Under the pieces are notes generated by a model. It did no database searches and was not told the origin of the DNA. It was given only the letters and a program-made list of their open reading frames with translations. A DNA stretch of 63,238 nt, filler included, from Cercozoa sp. M6MM (lineage: Eukaryota; Protista; Endomyxa: Ascetosporea): assembly GCA_040357565.1 (NCBI GenBank). It is 11 parts of 11 records of this genome, joined end to end, with 100 filler letters (N's around TTAATTAATTAA, not from the genome) between each part and the next. Parts side by side here need not be neighbours in the genome. Positions count along the whole stretch, not along the records: positions 34,973 to 37,341 come from JBDODJ010001783.1; positions 37,442 to 44,595 come from JBDODJ010000650.1; positions 44,696 to 61,023 come from JBDODJ010000290.1; 8 more parts are not named here. The stretch is one strand, 5' to 3'. Position 1 is the stretch's first letter; every line of letters starts with the position of its first letter. A program made the translations under genes and the position numbers. Shown one piece after another: positions 36,584-58,530 of the stretch.

Positions 36584-37292
36584 ATGGACAATCATCCGCG
36601 CGGAAGCGATCAGGAAATCGACGAATCCGCGCGGATACGCGCGCTGGTCAGTCAGGCGCAACTTAAGGGCATCGATGTTGACGAGTTGCGGCAGGTGCGT
36701 TGGGTGTTTTTTGACTTTTTGGTATTTTCTGATCGCTTCCGCGCGGTTGTAGATTTTCGAGTCGATGGACACGGACCACAACGGCGTTCTCACTTCTGGT
36801 GTCTTTGTTTAGCCTCCTTTACCCCCCCCCCTTACTCCCCCCTGTGTAGCTGAGTTGCTGGAGTCGCTGCGTCGGATGGGACTGCCGCACTCGCGTTCCA
36901 CTGGTAGGGACACACCTCGCTGTGTGTGTATGTGTATGTGTATGTATGTATGTGTGTATGTACGTGTGTATGTATGTATGTATGTATGTATGTATGTATG
37001 TATATATGTTTGTGTATATATGTATGTGCATATGTTAGGTATGTATGTATGTGTATATATGTTAGGTATGTATGTATGTGTGTATGTGTGTGTATGTAGT
37101 ATGTATGTACACTATGTGTGCTTGTAGTATGTATGTATGTATGTATGTATGTATGTATGTATGTATGTAGGTACGTATGATGTATGTATGTATGTTTATG
37201 TGTTGGTGTGTGTGTGTGCAGTCGAGGACATGATGGACGCGGCGGACACATCGGGCGACGGCTCGATCACTTTCCTCGAGTTCGTGCACTTT
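36584..37292 (+). CDS. EF-hand Ca2+-binding protein (3'-truncated; could be the N-terminus of an SCaMC-type carrier)
   Basis: IFESMDTDHNGVLTS/AEL and MDAADTSGDGSITFLEF. Confidence 0.8.
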
Positions 37293-37299
37293 GTGTGGT

Positions 37300-37341
<42 letters not shown>

Positions 37342-37441
37342 NNNNNNNNNNNNNNNNNNNNNNNNNNNNNNNNNNNNNNNNNNNNTTAATTAATTAANNN
37401 NNNNNNNNNNNNNNNNNNNNNNNNNNNNNNNNNNNNNNNNN

Positions 37442-44595
<7,154 letters not shown>

Positions 44596-44695
44596 NNNNN
44601 NNNNNNNNNNNNNNNNNNNNNNNNNNNNNNNNNNNNNNNTTAATTAATTAANNNNNNNNNNNNNNNNNNNNNNNNNNNNNNNNNNNNNNNNNNNN

Positions 44696-44744
<49 letters not shown>

Positions 44745-44748
44745 AGAC

Positions 44749-46130
44749 AGATTTGTGTCCGGGATATCTGCAGATCCCAGCTGGTCGCCGCAGTAGCACG
44801 GATAATGTGAAGAATCGCGTCGCTGTTCTCGTTACTGTAGGGTCTTTTTTGCGTCTCTTGTATATGCAGTTGCAGTTGTACAGCGAATACTTAATGTTTA
44901 TTTTTCACTCAGGGACCGTGCAGTGAGTACCAGCAGGCTAAGTGGCGCGGTGGCTACGGCGCTCGTTTCGCAGACTTTTACGGGTGCGTGTGTGAATGCC
45001 GTGTGTGGTTTGCTGTTTAGAGGTGTTTCGCAGTGAAGACTCAGACCACTGGTTGGCGTTTGACTGTTACGCTGGTATTTGGCGTGTTTTGGTTGGGTGG
45101 GGACAGTGTGTGTGCATGAATATGCCTCGGCACGAAGGCGACATCCCGACGGCGCAGGAGCTAGTCGAAGACTACGGCGTTGGAACAGTCTTTGTCACTG
45201 GTGTACCAGTTGCTGTAGCTCACACGTGCGTTTGTCGAGTTCTTGCGCATGTGACAGAGCAAGTTCGATGCGCATGATGACGTCAAGTACCCTTGGCTGG
45301 TACCACTGCAGGAGACACTGCACTCGCTGTCGTTCGACTCGCGCGACCATAGTGTGCGCATCGTGGGTGTCTGCTTTGGCCATCAGCTTATGGCACGCGT
45401 CTTGGGAGGTGCCATCATATTCGAGCAGACTATTATACTTTGATATGTTGATAGCTAGACATATATTTGTGTTTTGTATTCTGCAAACATTGTGCAGGAC
45501 ACACTGGCAGAAGCGACGTGGGCTGGTGTCTCGGGCCGCAGAAGATTCGCTTGCTGCCAGAATTCCAGCAACACTGGGCACCGTTGGACGCTGTAGCATT
45601 TGACCCTTTGACTTTCGTCCTGTTCTTCTTCACCAGTGGTCTTTTTAGGAAATCACGCTTCAGCAGATGCATCGCGACGCCGTCAGTGCACTGCCACCTC
45701 AGGCGACTTTGCTTGCCACGAGTGACTTTTGCACAAACGAGATATTCTCATGGCATGGACCTGTAAGACTACTGCTGTCTAATCTACACAGTGTATAGAG
45801 CGCATGGTCAATTTCACCGATGTGCGGTTATAGAGTGCCAAGATCCTGTGCGTACAATCGCATCCCGAGTTTGAGAATGACGAAGTAAAGGCACGCTTGC
45901 AGGGTCTTTACGAGGATGGACTCATGAGTGACGCCGAGGTATCTCGCCTTTCCTCCAGTGTTCTTAGTGTACTGTTCACTCATATCTTTGTGCAGTTTGC
46001 GCGGGCCAATGAGTGGTTCGACACGTACAAGCAGGGCCAGAGTGCTGCCGGTGCTGCCAAGGTGGACCCGGTGACGCAAGCGCTGCGCGACTTTGCTCAC
46101 TGGCGCGCTGACTTGCCAACACCAGAGTAG
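44749..46130 (+). CDS. Class I glutamine amidotransferase-like (gamma-glutamyl peptidase type) protein
   Basis: VFVTG/SKFDA, IVGVCFGHQLMARVLGG (nucleophile Cys), MHRDAVSALP, CVQSHPEF. Confidence 0.88.
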
Positions 46131-46417
46131 CAGCGATGCGGCCACGATCGTCGCGCGTGATTTGATGGGGCGAGACTACCCATTGCATTTACAATTTCCC
46201 GTCCCCTGCCTCGCCTAGGCCTGTTTGTGTTACCCACGTTATTTACTGTGGCGTAATGCATTGAGTCGTCGGTGAGCTGGCTCGCCCGCTTAAAAATCTC
46301 CGACTCTAACGACACGACAAGGCATCTAGGCGTCGACGCTTAGTTGTTTTAACAGAAGCAGCAATCACTCCAATCGCATACGCTACGCTAGCCGCGAAGT
46401 CCAGCAGCGGTTCCAAA

Positions 46418-47358
46418 CTAGAGCGCACTGACTACGAGTCCCTTGTGGCGGTAGTTATGTGCATTGTCGGGAGTGTTCTCAGGCACGTAGTGGTAGTTCA
46501 CCATCATGCCAAGCGACTGCTGGAGGCCCTTGTGCGACATATCGGCATTCGAGTTGACTTGCAAAATGGAAGCTCCGTTGCCAACTAGAAAATGACACAC
46601 ATAAAAGATTAAGAGTTAAAAAATGTATTTAGAATGAAAATTACCGTGAAAGTTCGCGACTGGATCGAAACAACGCGAGCCGCGTTTCGCCTTGGTGAGA
46701 TACTCCACGCTGAGTTCTTTCACTTGCTCTAAAGACAGCACCCACATGAGAGAAGGGAAGACAACTAGTATAACACGGGTACCCTTGTAGTCCGTGCGAA
46801 GCAGTGAACACAGCTGGGTGTATTCTTGCTTGTCCAGCAAATCGAGTAGTTGCGGTACATGACTGCATGTACCGTAGGAGGTGAAAAAGGCCGAAGAAGA
46901 TAACAACTACGTACCCGTGGTTTCGCAGCCATTTCACAAAAGTCGGCAGAGGCGACAGCGTGACGAAGGTGCCGACACCTTCGGTCTGCAATTGTCGCAT
47001 CGCCTGCTTCAGCAGTGCCTGGCCAAGATCGACGCCGCTGCTGAGACCGGACCGCGTGGACGAGATACTGTAGAATGCGGCCACACTGTGCGTATGCTCG
47101 ATGTCAATGTTGGTATCACTCTCTGTGTCTGTGATGTCAATGTCGGTGTCAGTGTCATGCGCATGACGACGCTTCAGCACGCGATCGATACTTGTCGGCA
47201 CATGTGACTAAAGGAGATGTCGTACGTTAGCAACAGGAGAGGGGTCACATGAGGGAGAAAGAGCTGCAGCGAAACCTGTAAAGCGACCTGCGTGAACACG
47301 AGTGGTTTGTCGCGACACAAGGCACTGTGTGTCAGCGCAAACACCTATGTTCATGCAC

Positions 47359-47389
<31 letters not shown>

Positions 47390-48356
47390 GTGCCTGGTCA
47401 CAGGTAGAGGTATGACCGACGGTGTACCCGACGGTCGACAGGAGCGATGCGTTGCAGCCACTGGGCGCGCTTGTCGGCGGCGTCGCTGTACGTGCAGTTG
47501 GACAAGCAGGTCTGATGAACTCGTTCGTGCTTGTCAAGACTGGAGGGGTGGGAGTAGGGTCAAGTCAAGGAGGAGACAAGGAAGAAACACACACAAGGTC
47601 GAGGCAGTAAAGGCACAAAGTACAACGTCAGCAATGCGTCATCGAGCTCAGCGTCGTCGACGTCGCGCAGCTGCAGCAGCGACGCTGAAAAGAGAGTCGA
47701 CACAAGTCGCGTCAGTCGCTGAAGCAGCACATCCACTGCCGGGTCACTTCGCTTCATTTTGAGCACTACTCCAAACGACGGTTGGGAAACAGGGAGTCAA
47801 AAGGATGGTGATATCAACGCACCATCCGCGCGGAAGTCGACCAAAAAATCGAGGCCGCCCGGCAAATGCAGCAGGCGCAGCCACACTTGTTCGTATCTAC
47901 TTGATGGACAGATATAGAGAGATAAAAAGGCATGCGAATACAACGTACGAACAATGCAGGCTCTGTCGAATACGTTGTTGCACCTCGATGTCGTCCAATG
48001 TGCCCGTGGAGAGAATATCTGCGACAGCCGTCGCATTGATGCCGTGCATGCGTGTTGCTACGTTTCGAATCACTTGCGCCTTCTCCTGCACAGACAGCAT
48101 GCGCGTCCCACCATACTCACATGTTGTTGTTTGCTAAACACTGAGTTACGTCATCATCATGCAACGCAGAGTAGTGCGAACGTAACCGAGCGACCAAGTT
48201 CTTTTCATTAGCGTTAAGTCACTCATCGCACAACAGAAACAATTACGCGATCAGGACAAGTAGGAAACCTACATCAGCAAGCAGTGCGTTGTCGTTCCTC
48301 TGCAATCGCAAGAAATCACGATGCAGATTGGCGAGTTGACGAGACGCTCTACGCAT
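46418..48356 (-). CDS. MLYCD: Malonyl-CoA decarboxylase
   Basis: PGGLDFLVDFRAD, AAFYSISST..GVDLG..LLK, FVTLSPLPTFVKWL, DPVANFH/.GNGA, NADMS.KGLQQSLGMMVNYHY. Confidence 0.92.
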
Positions 48357-48658
48357 TTTTCTATCAATTAAAGTGATTCACTACTGTAAGCTTGGATCTT
48401 ACATTTCTGTTGGATACTGTATTTTTTCTTCGGTGGATCGGCTCATTGATTTTCCATGGGAGCCGAAGTAGAAACGGCGGTTTCACGTGAAGCTGCTCGG
48501 CGTCACCGTGTGTCCACTCTACAAGGATTGTCCCGAGACTCCCTTGGCCGGCCTCGTGGACTTCGGAGATCGAAACTTGTATTTTTTGTCGAGGAAAATA
48601 AATCAACCCAGACATCCCCGAGTTGAGGCGGAGTTAAGCCACGCTTTAGCGGTGCTGC

Positions 48659-51626
48659 ATGAGCGCATCCGTTTGCGTAGTTGCGCGCTTTCGTCCCCAG
48701 AACTCGGTACCTTGTCTACTGTCAAATCATTCCCATGCCGAGATATTCGTTGTTCGTTCTGCTTAGCGCGAGAAGCGAGAAGGAGGCGCTGATGCAGTGC
48801 GAGTCAGTGATTGCGGGAAAGTAGCCAAGTTATTGAATCACTCGCAAATTGGTAGCGACGGTTCTCCACGGTCGCACGACTTTGCTTTCGATGCCGTGTT
48901 TGGAGGTAGATCTCACTTCGTTGCTGTTCAGTGTGCTAATGTATGTGGTTTTTGGCAGCGAACTCGTCGCAAGAGGCAGTGTTCAGCGGCGTTGCTGCTC
49001 CTCTGATTCCGCGCATTCTGCAAGGTTTCAATGCTACGATTTTTGCCTACGGCCAAACGGGCTCGGGTAAGACGCACACGATGCAAGGCGAAATGGAGGG
49101 CGACTTTCAGGGCCTCATTCCAAGATTGCTGTATAATTTTCGCTTGATTTCCTTGAGTTTTGTTGAATTTAAGTGTGCTGCGAAAATGCAGACACGCATT
49201 GTTCAACGCGATCGCGGAAAGCAATTCCTCGCTCGAGTTCACGCTCAAAGTTTCCAATGTCGAAATTTATTGTGAGAAGCTTCGAGGTACCGATTTTACA
49301 CCAATCAACGAAAATTCAGTGTTTTTATTTTCTTCCAGATCTGCTTGGGACTGGCGAGAACACGAAGCTGCGAATTCGCGAAAGCAAGACCGCCGGCATG
49401 TACATGTGCGTTGCCTTTTCTGCATTGTTTTTTGAGTGATTCTGCATTTTGTGTTTGTGCTGTAGAGAGGGTGTGAATGAAGTGTATGTCTCGAGCCCGC
49501 AAGAGGTGCTTGCGCTGCTCGAGCGAGGACAGCTTCGGCGTGCATGTTCCGCTACGGTTAGTTTTCGTATATTACCTGTGATGAATGATTGATTTCCGTG
49601 TACTCGAAACAGGGCATGAATGCTGCATCAAGTCGCAGTCACTCCGTGCTTTCAGTAACAGTGACACAAGTAGACACTGCTTCGCAGGCGAGGAAAACCT
49701 CCAAGCGTACTTGACTGTTTCACTTCTCCCTTCTATCTAGTTATTGAGCGTATGTGTGTGTGTGTGTGTGTGTGTGTTTTAGTTACACTGGTTGACTTGG
49801 CCGGCAGCGAGAAAGTGCGAAAAACTGGAGCTGAAGGACAGCTGCTGAAGGAAGCTCAGAACATTAACAAATCGGTGGGTTTTTCTTCTTCCGTTCAAAG
49901 CAGAAAATACAACGATACACATATTGCTTTTTATGCGAAGCTGTCGGCGCTGGGCAATGTGATCAACGCACTGGTCGAGCAGAAGGCGCACGTGCCGTAC
50001 CGAGATTCGAAACTGACGCGACTGTTGACGCATGCGCTGGGTGGCAACTCGCTCACCACGCTTATTGTTACGGTATCACATGTGCAGTTGTCGGCAACAA
50101 CATTCTTAAATACGCTACATGTATAGGCGAGTACATCGTCATGGAATCTCGAGGAGTCGCTGTCAACGCTGCGGTTCGGTCAGCGCGCGCAGCGTGTGCA
50201 GAACCGCGCGCATGTCAACGCCGAGCTGTCCATTGGTATATGACGCATGACCCCTTGGTGCTCACATTGTGTCTAACCCCCTCTGACCTTGGCAGCCGAG
50301 TACAAGCGACTGCTGAAGCGTGCGCGCAATTGCGCAGCTGCAGAGCGTGAACTGCGTCGAATGGTGCCTCTCTTGTGTTGTGTTTTAGGAGGTGGTTGTA
50401 CTCGTGATGTGGTGCAGTTGGCTGAGGAGATTTTGCGTGTACGACACGCCTTCCCAGGCGGAGTCGGTATCTTTGCTTCTCCTGCACTCGTATCCGCTTA
50501 CCCCTTGGGGTTTTCTGCAGAGGTGTGGACACAAGAGGATGCCGATCGTGTCGACCGTCTGCTAGAAAAGAGCGTCCGCCTGGACGCTGAGAAGAGCGAA
50601 AGCGACGCAGCCGAGGACGGCAAGAGTGCCAGTGTTGGTGGTATCAACGACCGTGTAGCGGCACCGTCGCGTGCATCAACGGCGTCAGTTTCCACTGTAG
50701 CCAACACTGCCGTGCCTGGTGTTAGTGCCAGTGCTGACAACTTCGACAGCGGTGTCACGGGCGACAAGGCTGTTGTCGACAGCACCAGCGACAGCGGCGA
50801 CGGTGTGTCCGACGAAAGCAACGAGCAGGAGCAGGAACTCCGCGACGAACTCGAGGATGCGCGTGCCGATGCCACGATCGCTAAGGAACGACTGAACCAC
50901 GCAGTCACGCGCATTGATGAGGTATGATTCTTGCTTTCCGTTGCTTTCAAAGCGAAAAAGACACGTGTTGATTGGTAGCTCGATTCGGCACTGCGCGAGG
51001 AGCGACTTGAGACAGAGCGACTCCGCGAGCAGCTCGCCAAGGCCGAGTTCGCACAGCAGTCGCTTGAAGTTCGGTATCTCAAGACTATACCCTGACCCTC
51101 CCCCCCCCCCCCCCATCAGCCTACTTATCACTCTGTAGATGCAAGGAACTGCAACTAGCGCTGTCAGTGGCAGAGGACAAGAACACCATGAGGGAAAACG
51201 CTGTTCCCGAAAGCAACAGCAGAAACGACAGCAACAGCAACATCAACAAGGGCAGTGGTGCTGCTTCCGAAAGGTCGAGCGAGAGCGATGACAAGGACCA
51301 CAGCGACACGGCGGCGCTGCCATCGCGTGTGCGCGAGCGTAGTCACCTCAAGGTGCCTTCAGTATATGTTAACTCGATATATGTATATGTATCTGGATAT
51401 CAATGTACCCTCTGTGTAGTCCATGACATCAAGCGAAGTGGCCACGCTGATGCAGCAGAATATTCACCTGCAGAAAGACCTGGAGCGCAAGGTGCAGCAG
51501 TTCGTGCAGCTGCAGATTCGTTTCGACGACATGCGCAGCGAAGTCGAGTGTCTGCGCGCCAACAACGGCGGCAACGGCAGCGCCGACGCCTCTGCTGTCG
51601 ACTCTGCCGTGTACTCTTCCTCTCCC

Positions 51627-51665
<39 letters not shown>

Positions 51666-52483
51666 GTACTCCTTGCATTCTACCTCCCTGTAGTCGACAA
51701 CTGCTGCGGCACAACCGACAACTCACTCGCACCTTGTACATCTTCCTTCTTTACTGGTCTATTAGTCCATTCGTGTATTGTATCGATCGTACATGCAGTA
51801 ACGAACTGTCACTCGAGAATGAACGTCTCAAGAGACAGAACAGGTAGCTCTTTATATACCTGTCACTCGCACCCCTATCTCTACCCTACACCTGCTCTCA
51901 GGTACACGGGCAAGCAAGTCGATAATCTACGCGAACGCGTCGATCTGTACGAGCGCTCAATTCTCGGTATCGTTGCTTTTGTCCCTTTTTTGCCTCACTT
52001 CTATGCCGATTATGCTCTACTCGGTAGATTCGACACGTTCTCTGGCACGTGTGCAACGACGGCACCGCTCCGAAATCGAGGTCTGCAATTGCAGAAAGTA
52101 TCTGTCGTGGCTCTGTATTTTCCTGTCTACAGAACCTCCGCACGGAAGTTCGGCATGCGCGCACGCTGCTGGCGCAGTTTGATCCGGACGCGTTTGGTTC
52201 GCACAATGTTGATTTGTCAGGTACGCCCATTGGTTCTTGTATGTTGTTGTTCTAAACTTTACTGGTTGATACGAGTGTAGCCACAATCGCCTCGGCAGCT
52301 GCCGTGGTGCCGACCTCACAGCAGGATCGTTTGCGCCGCCGCTCACGTGCCATCAGTGCAGCAGACTTGCGTGCTGTACCTAGACTCAAAAAACATTCAA
52401 ACCTGTCTTGCTTGTTTACGCCTTTTATGTAGCGCATTGTGAAGCCGGTGGAGAGACAACTTCTGCGCAAGCCTCCGCAGTGA
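48659..52483 (+). CDS. KHC: Kinesin-1 heavy chain-like motor
   Basis: [54 protein letters not shown], coiled-coil stalk, tail RIVKPV (IAK-like autoinhibitory motif). Confidence 0.9.
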
Positions 52484-53300
52484 TGTGCTGTACATGGTAC
52501 GTGTGACTGCCCCAAACGTTTCCGCGCTTGCTTCCTTCGCTTGTTGACCGGCTGACGTCATGACGTGATGCCTTGCGTTTAATCGTGAGCTGCGTTTTTG
52601 ATCGAGATCCGCGCCGAATTAACGTTCAGGTTGTCAGGAAAGCGCAAGCAGTTTTGGTTTTTTGTACTGTGCTGTACGTGTACGCGATCAACGACGGCCG
52701 ATATACGTACAGTAACTTTTCGTTTGAAAGAAATCGCAGGTGCGCGACGATGTACTCGTACTCAAAATGAGCCGCAAGTCGCTGTGACAAGCGTTCGGTT
52801 GTGCAACGCCCTAGCGTCTCATCGGATCCATACCATTAATGGGGTTAATCTCCTTGTTTTGTCGTATCTGTTGCAACTCACCCTATCTGTTTGTTGGTTG
52901 ATGCAGGTGCATGCACTGTACTACGACAACGTGGCTCGCTTCACGGCATTGCCAGGTACTGCCGGTGTGTCCGGAGTTCTCGTCGCAGCTGCTATCGCTG
53001 GCCGTGCCGGACCACTGCATGTTGGGTGTGTTTGCACACCTGATACCAGCCTGCGTGTTGCAAGAGGAGAAGGACATTCTGACTCCGTCTGAGACAGAGC
53101 AGGTGTTTGGACTTCTCGAATGCATCTTCGAGAACTAGCAGAGTTTTGTTTTGTTTTAACTAAGATACGTTTGTCTTGACGTGTAGGTGGTCGTATGAAG
53201 TATCACATCAACGTAAAAAACAACGCAAAATCATGCCGCTACTGCATACCGCGGCCTCCGATACTATCAAACTGAACGCGAATACTTCAGTTTGGCTGGT

Positions 53301-54538
53301 TCAGTCACCATTCATATCCCCACTGCTGCTAAAGGAGAATTCGCTGTCACTGTGCAAATTAAAGTCACACTGGGGAGCAGAGTAGCCGACACTCTCATCG
53401 TCGTCTTGCATTTCGTGAAAGTTGAAATCCAGAACTCCATTTTCGGCAGCGAATTGCGTGAGCGACAACGACATTCCCTGATCGTCGTTTGAGCGACTCG
53501 TAGAGACTTCGCTTGTTGTGTCCAAGGCAATTTGAATGTACGTCTTCGCGCGTTGGATTTCGCGGAGACAGGTTTCGTTTTGCACACGGAGCGCAAGAGT
53601 CTGGCAATTTTCCAAGAGTTGTCGGCCATATGAGGTCCCTGCAAGCACGCGATCGTCAACTGCAGCTTTTGAGGCATGCGCGACCACAGAGATGGCGGCC
53701 ATTGCTCGATTCACCCACGGGAGCTGCAGTTTGCCCCCAGGCACACTAGCAAGTTCTTGGACGACACCACCGAAAGCTCGGAGCAACACATTGGGCATGT
53801 TGCCTTTCGCTGCCACGAGCATTTCCACAAAGGACCGATTCAACGCTACGGAAAGTTGGCATTAATTTTCTTGCCATACTGGATATCTGGGGTATTATCA
53901 CAGAGTACGAAAAGGAACGTCGCCGACAAACACGCAGACTTTTACAGCTTCGCAAAGAACTGCCTCTGCGCTTTCGCGGACTCGTGACATTTCGTCGGCT
54001 GTCTTCGCCTCAACCATCGCGCGCAACAAAAGCTCGCGAACTTTTGTCATCACTTGAGTGCCGTCGAAAGCAACTTCGGGGACGCTCCCTGGAGTGAGAG
54101 TGCCTGCGTTTTGCGAAGGCTGCTCAACAATGCGAAGCAGTCGCTCGCGATCTGCTCGTAGTCTCACAGAGAGATCACTCAAACCACGTAAAGGACCGTC
54201 ATCTTGGCAAGACACGCGCTGAAGCCACTCGCTTGTCGCCGACTCGTGTGCCTCTTCAAGAGGCGTGTTGGCAAGTGACTGCTTTCGATTCCGCTCTTTT
54301 TCGAGCAAACGAGACCAAACGTGCCTGCCGGGCAACTTCAGTGCACTGGCAATGTCGCTTTCAGTTTCGTCAGCTTCTGGGTCCTAAATACCGTGCACAC
54401 AATAGTATGTTAACTCCAGCGACTGGGAGCTGAAGCTACCGACTCTGCAGCCTGCAAAGTGTCGCTTAGCCATTTGAGACAGCGCTCGGTTTCGGGTGAC
54501 ACGTTGAAGCTAAAGCGTTGCTGTCGTTGCTGGTCCAT
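53301..54538 (-). CDS. Hypothetical protein with acidic C-terminus (3 exons)
   Basis: MDQQRQQRFSF..AAES/DPEADET joins ORFs 53898-54335 and 53301-53843. Confidence 0.5.
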
Positions 54539-54820
54539 GGTACTGATGATAACCCCAGTTGCTCAAGAAAGTCGCGAGAGCTCGCCGAAGGTGTCCCGGC
54601 AAGAGACTGCAAAGTCCAGCCTGGTCTGAATCGCTGCTGTAAACTCCTCAATCGAAGATTCGCGATATTGAACAACACAGTCGTTTGAAAGAACAAACTC
54701 GTGAATTTAAAAACAGGGTGCCCGATTGTCGTTTTTCTCGGCAACGCAGAATAGCAAAAAACATTGTGGAACCGACCCAGTATCCCGCTCAATACTAAGC
54801 TTTAGACCTGTCCTTTTCAG

Positions 54821-57800
54821 ATGTGGTCAACTGCGTTGCTGCTGGTGTTACTGACGTCAACTGCACGTGCACAGCAGCAGGTACAGTGCTTGCGACATCA
54901 TTTTGCGAACAGAGCCCGGTCAGTGACCCCGATTGTAAAACTGACACCATGTTCTGACAGGAATTGGCTACCAGCGTAAACAGAGCAGCTTTTTATGCTA
55001 CCGATCCACTGTGGCGGCTCGGAGAGAACGAGGCGCAAGCATTTTTTGATGCTTTGGGTGAGCTGTTTCAGTTTCTTCTCTTCATGGTTCACGGTGTGCT
55101 GCTTTGTCAACAAGTGCAGAAGAAGTCGCACCTCGTCCCGACCTTGAAGCAGCGAGCGCGTTTTGTCTGCAATTTAATGGCGATTGCATGCAGTACATCC
55201 TTGCATACATGGAGTTTTACGGGCAGTTGACATGTTCCATGCTCGTGGATAGATGCGTGTCACCCGCCAATATGCGACTCTTCCAGTGCGAGTTTTGCGC
55301 CGATTTGGGTACCATGACGACAGCATATGATGCAAACTTGCTGAGAACTCACATCTGTAGGCTGCAAACCAGCTGGAACCTGTCGAAAACGAGCAAGATC
55401 TCAATCGTTCTGCGCAACTTTTGCGCGAGATATCGCCACCAACTGCGAGAGCATTCGAGGGGACTGCGCCGCTTGTGCACAAGGCGGAAACTGTCAGGTA
55501 GTTTGTCTTCATAAAGGAGGGACTGGTACGCTCTTTACCTCAACACATCAGTGGTGCGGTCGACACGACGGGTCACCGTTGCTCAGTTCCGGTGCCTTCC
55601 AAATGAACGAAACCGAGCAGTGGCTTTGGCCGGTACGTACCCCTTCTATCCCTTTAGACATTCACCTTTACCGCCTTGTCTATCCAACACAGGGAGCCTT
55701 CTCAATGATGAGCAGTCGCTTGCTCGCCTTGCCCAACAACTTTGCATCCTGGATGAGGTACTCAAAGTGATACGAAGGGGGGGGGGCAGTTCTATCCTGA
55801 TGTATAACTTACAGCATGTTGACGGCCCCGACTGCAGCGCAGAAGCAAATGCACATGACTCAAGCTGGTGGCGAGTTTGCTGGCAGCATGGCACAGCTAC
55901 CGCACTTGTCTCCTGTGTCTCCTAATGAAGGTATAAGGGAAGCAACCGCTGTGGCCTGGAATACAGTATAAATGCGCTCAGGGAGTTGCATTCAAGACAG
56001 CAGTATGTGTCCGAACGGAACACACGCGCTGCAACAGTGCCGCTGGTCGCACGACTTAATTCTCTTGCGCACGGTGGATACTGCATGTCGCGACTTTGGC
56101 AGCAACTGCACAGCGTGTGTCACAGAGCATGGTATGTCCTCCTCTCTTTGCTTCTTCCTTTATTGACCTTTGCATTTCTTCGGCATCTAGAGTGCAACAT
56201 GTGCGACGGGCAGTGCCAAAGTCGCCTGACGCGATGCACAGGCACAGTGGCACGCGACATAGCCCAATGCAGATCACTTCAGTGTGTCAGTCGGAGTGCG
56301 AGTCAAGGTGGCACGTGCGACACGTGTCTAACCAACCCGGGAGAGTGCACCTGGTGTGCCGAACAGCGTACATGTGTCGCCTCGCATCGCGGCTGTCCCG
56401 GTGAGCGTGGTTTCGTGCTTCGGCAGCAGTGTCAGGCAACTGCCTTTGTCGAGCAGAACACAAGGTACCCAGGCTACTTATGGTCCTCCTTGCGTCGTGT
56501 ACTGTGTGCGTGAACAGAGACAGGGAGACGTGCGGTAGACACAACTTTGAGTGCGAACAGTGTCTGCTGCAGTCTCTCATGACCGGCAGGGAACGTTGTA
56601 TCTACTGCGTTGGTGTCGGGTGCCTGTCGCCTTCCGATCGACACGTGTGCAGCGGCGGACGCATCGTAGCTTTGCTTTCCCTCCAGTGTGTGCACTTGGT
56701 GCTTCATTGGCACTGTCCTGCGACCTAGGTTGAACGCGAGACTGACGCAGTGATGGATGCCTTTCGACGCGACCAGTGTCCTCCGGCACTACTGAATACA
56801 AGCAACTCGTGTCTCAGTCGCACCGACTGTCGCACGTGTGTGTCGTCGAGTACACCAGACGGATACGACTGTACTTTGGCTACTCTTCTGACACTCCGAT
56901 ACCCTTGCTACTGCTTATTGCAGGCACTTGGTGTCCTCTGTCGCGCACGTGTGTGCCGGTGCCAACACGCTGTGCACTACCAGTAAGCAACCAGTGGAAG
57001 TGTCCACCACCGTGTTCAGGTATCAGTCTTAAATGAGTACTGCCTGTAGTTCTTGAGGCAACAAGTGTAGGGCTCAGCACGTGCGCTCAGTGCAATAGCA
57101 ACAGTTACTGCATCTGGTGTGCCAACGGCAGCGCTCTCGACAGCGACTTTACACTGGCAAACGCCACCTCTGATGGGATGTGCGTGGCACAGCAAGACAT
57201 CGGCACGTGTACCACAGGGATCGGTACCCTTTCACTCTTATGCGACGCTGGCTAAGTTACTCGTTTGTACTTTTTTGATGTGACGTATGTGCAGTACGAC
57301 GGTGCAGTGGCATTCTTGATGCACAGCGTCTGCACAACAACACACAGGTGTGCGGCAGACAGAGCACGTGCGACACATGCACACTGTCGCCGGACTGTGC
57401 TTTCTGCTACAGCAACCCACGTAGTGGCAACGATACCAGTGACAACATGGGTACATGCATCAGTCAGGATGCACCATGTTCCTCCAGTCGCGCACTAGAG
57501 CTCGGTCAGTGTCGCTCTCGACAGGCATGCGAACTGGCCACGGCTTGTGAGGCCTGCGTACAGGACAGGTGCACCTGGTGCGCCTCCAGCAGTCGATGTC
57601 TTGGTGGAGGCAGTACGTGCGACGGTGCCACATCGATCACGCAGCAGCAGTGTCTGGACGTCACCTTCCGACAGGAGAGTATGGAGGCGCACCGTCTGTG
57701 TGCCTCAATACCGCCAGGTGACTGCGCCTCCTGTCTCGCACAGGCCTACACGGTTGGTGGTGTGCGACACCTGTGCCGCTATTGCGACCTGCGTGGCTGC

Positions 57801-58304
57801 CGGTACTTTTTGCTTGAACCACCTGCAGTGACACTCGCTTTGATCATGAATGACCACGTGGGCAGACCTCACTTTGCGACCTGTCCAACGAGGCAACTGG
57901 TGTCGCCTGCCGCTGCCACGTCGATGGAGCTGGCCATGCTACCGGATGCCAGGTGTCGTTAGCTTCCTTACTTTCGTCTCATATACTCTGAGTACCCTTT
58001 GATTCCTAGAACAAGCAACGGCACCAGTGGCACTGCATTAAACTGTCCGACGGTATACGACACGTGCCTGTTCCAGGGCGACACGTGTCAACGGTGTCAA
58101 CAGATCAGTGGCGATCGGTGCCAGTGGTGCCAAGACGGTGGCGGCACTTGCGTGCCGCGCGGTCACTTGTGCACACTACCAGTGATGCCGCGCCTGTGCG
58201 CACAGTCGGTGGTCCCACGACGACTGCTGGAGGTGCCGCTGGTCAGTACCAGTGTCTTCAGTCGCTGCGCTGATGCCGGCTTTGACTGCGATGCCTGCCG
58301 ACTG

Positions 58305-58384
<80 letters not shown>

Positions 58385-58484
58385 NNNNNNNNNNNNNNNN
58401 NNNNNNNNNNNNNNNNNNNNNNNNNNNNNNNNNNNNNNNNNNNNNNNNNNNNNNNNNNNNNNNNNNNNNNNNNNNNNNNNNNNN

Positions 58485-58530
<46 letters not shown>

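Noticed and set aside
52700-53200. Possible small + strand spliced gene between kinesin and the hypothetical gene
   Set aside because: Exon-like pieces exist, but I could not build a start-to-stop model or recognise a family.
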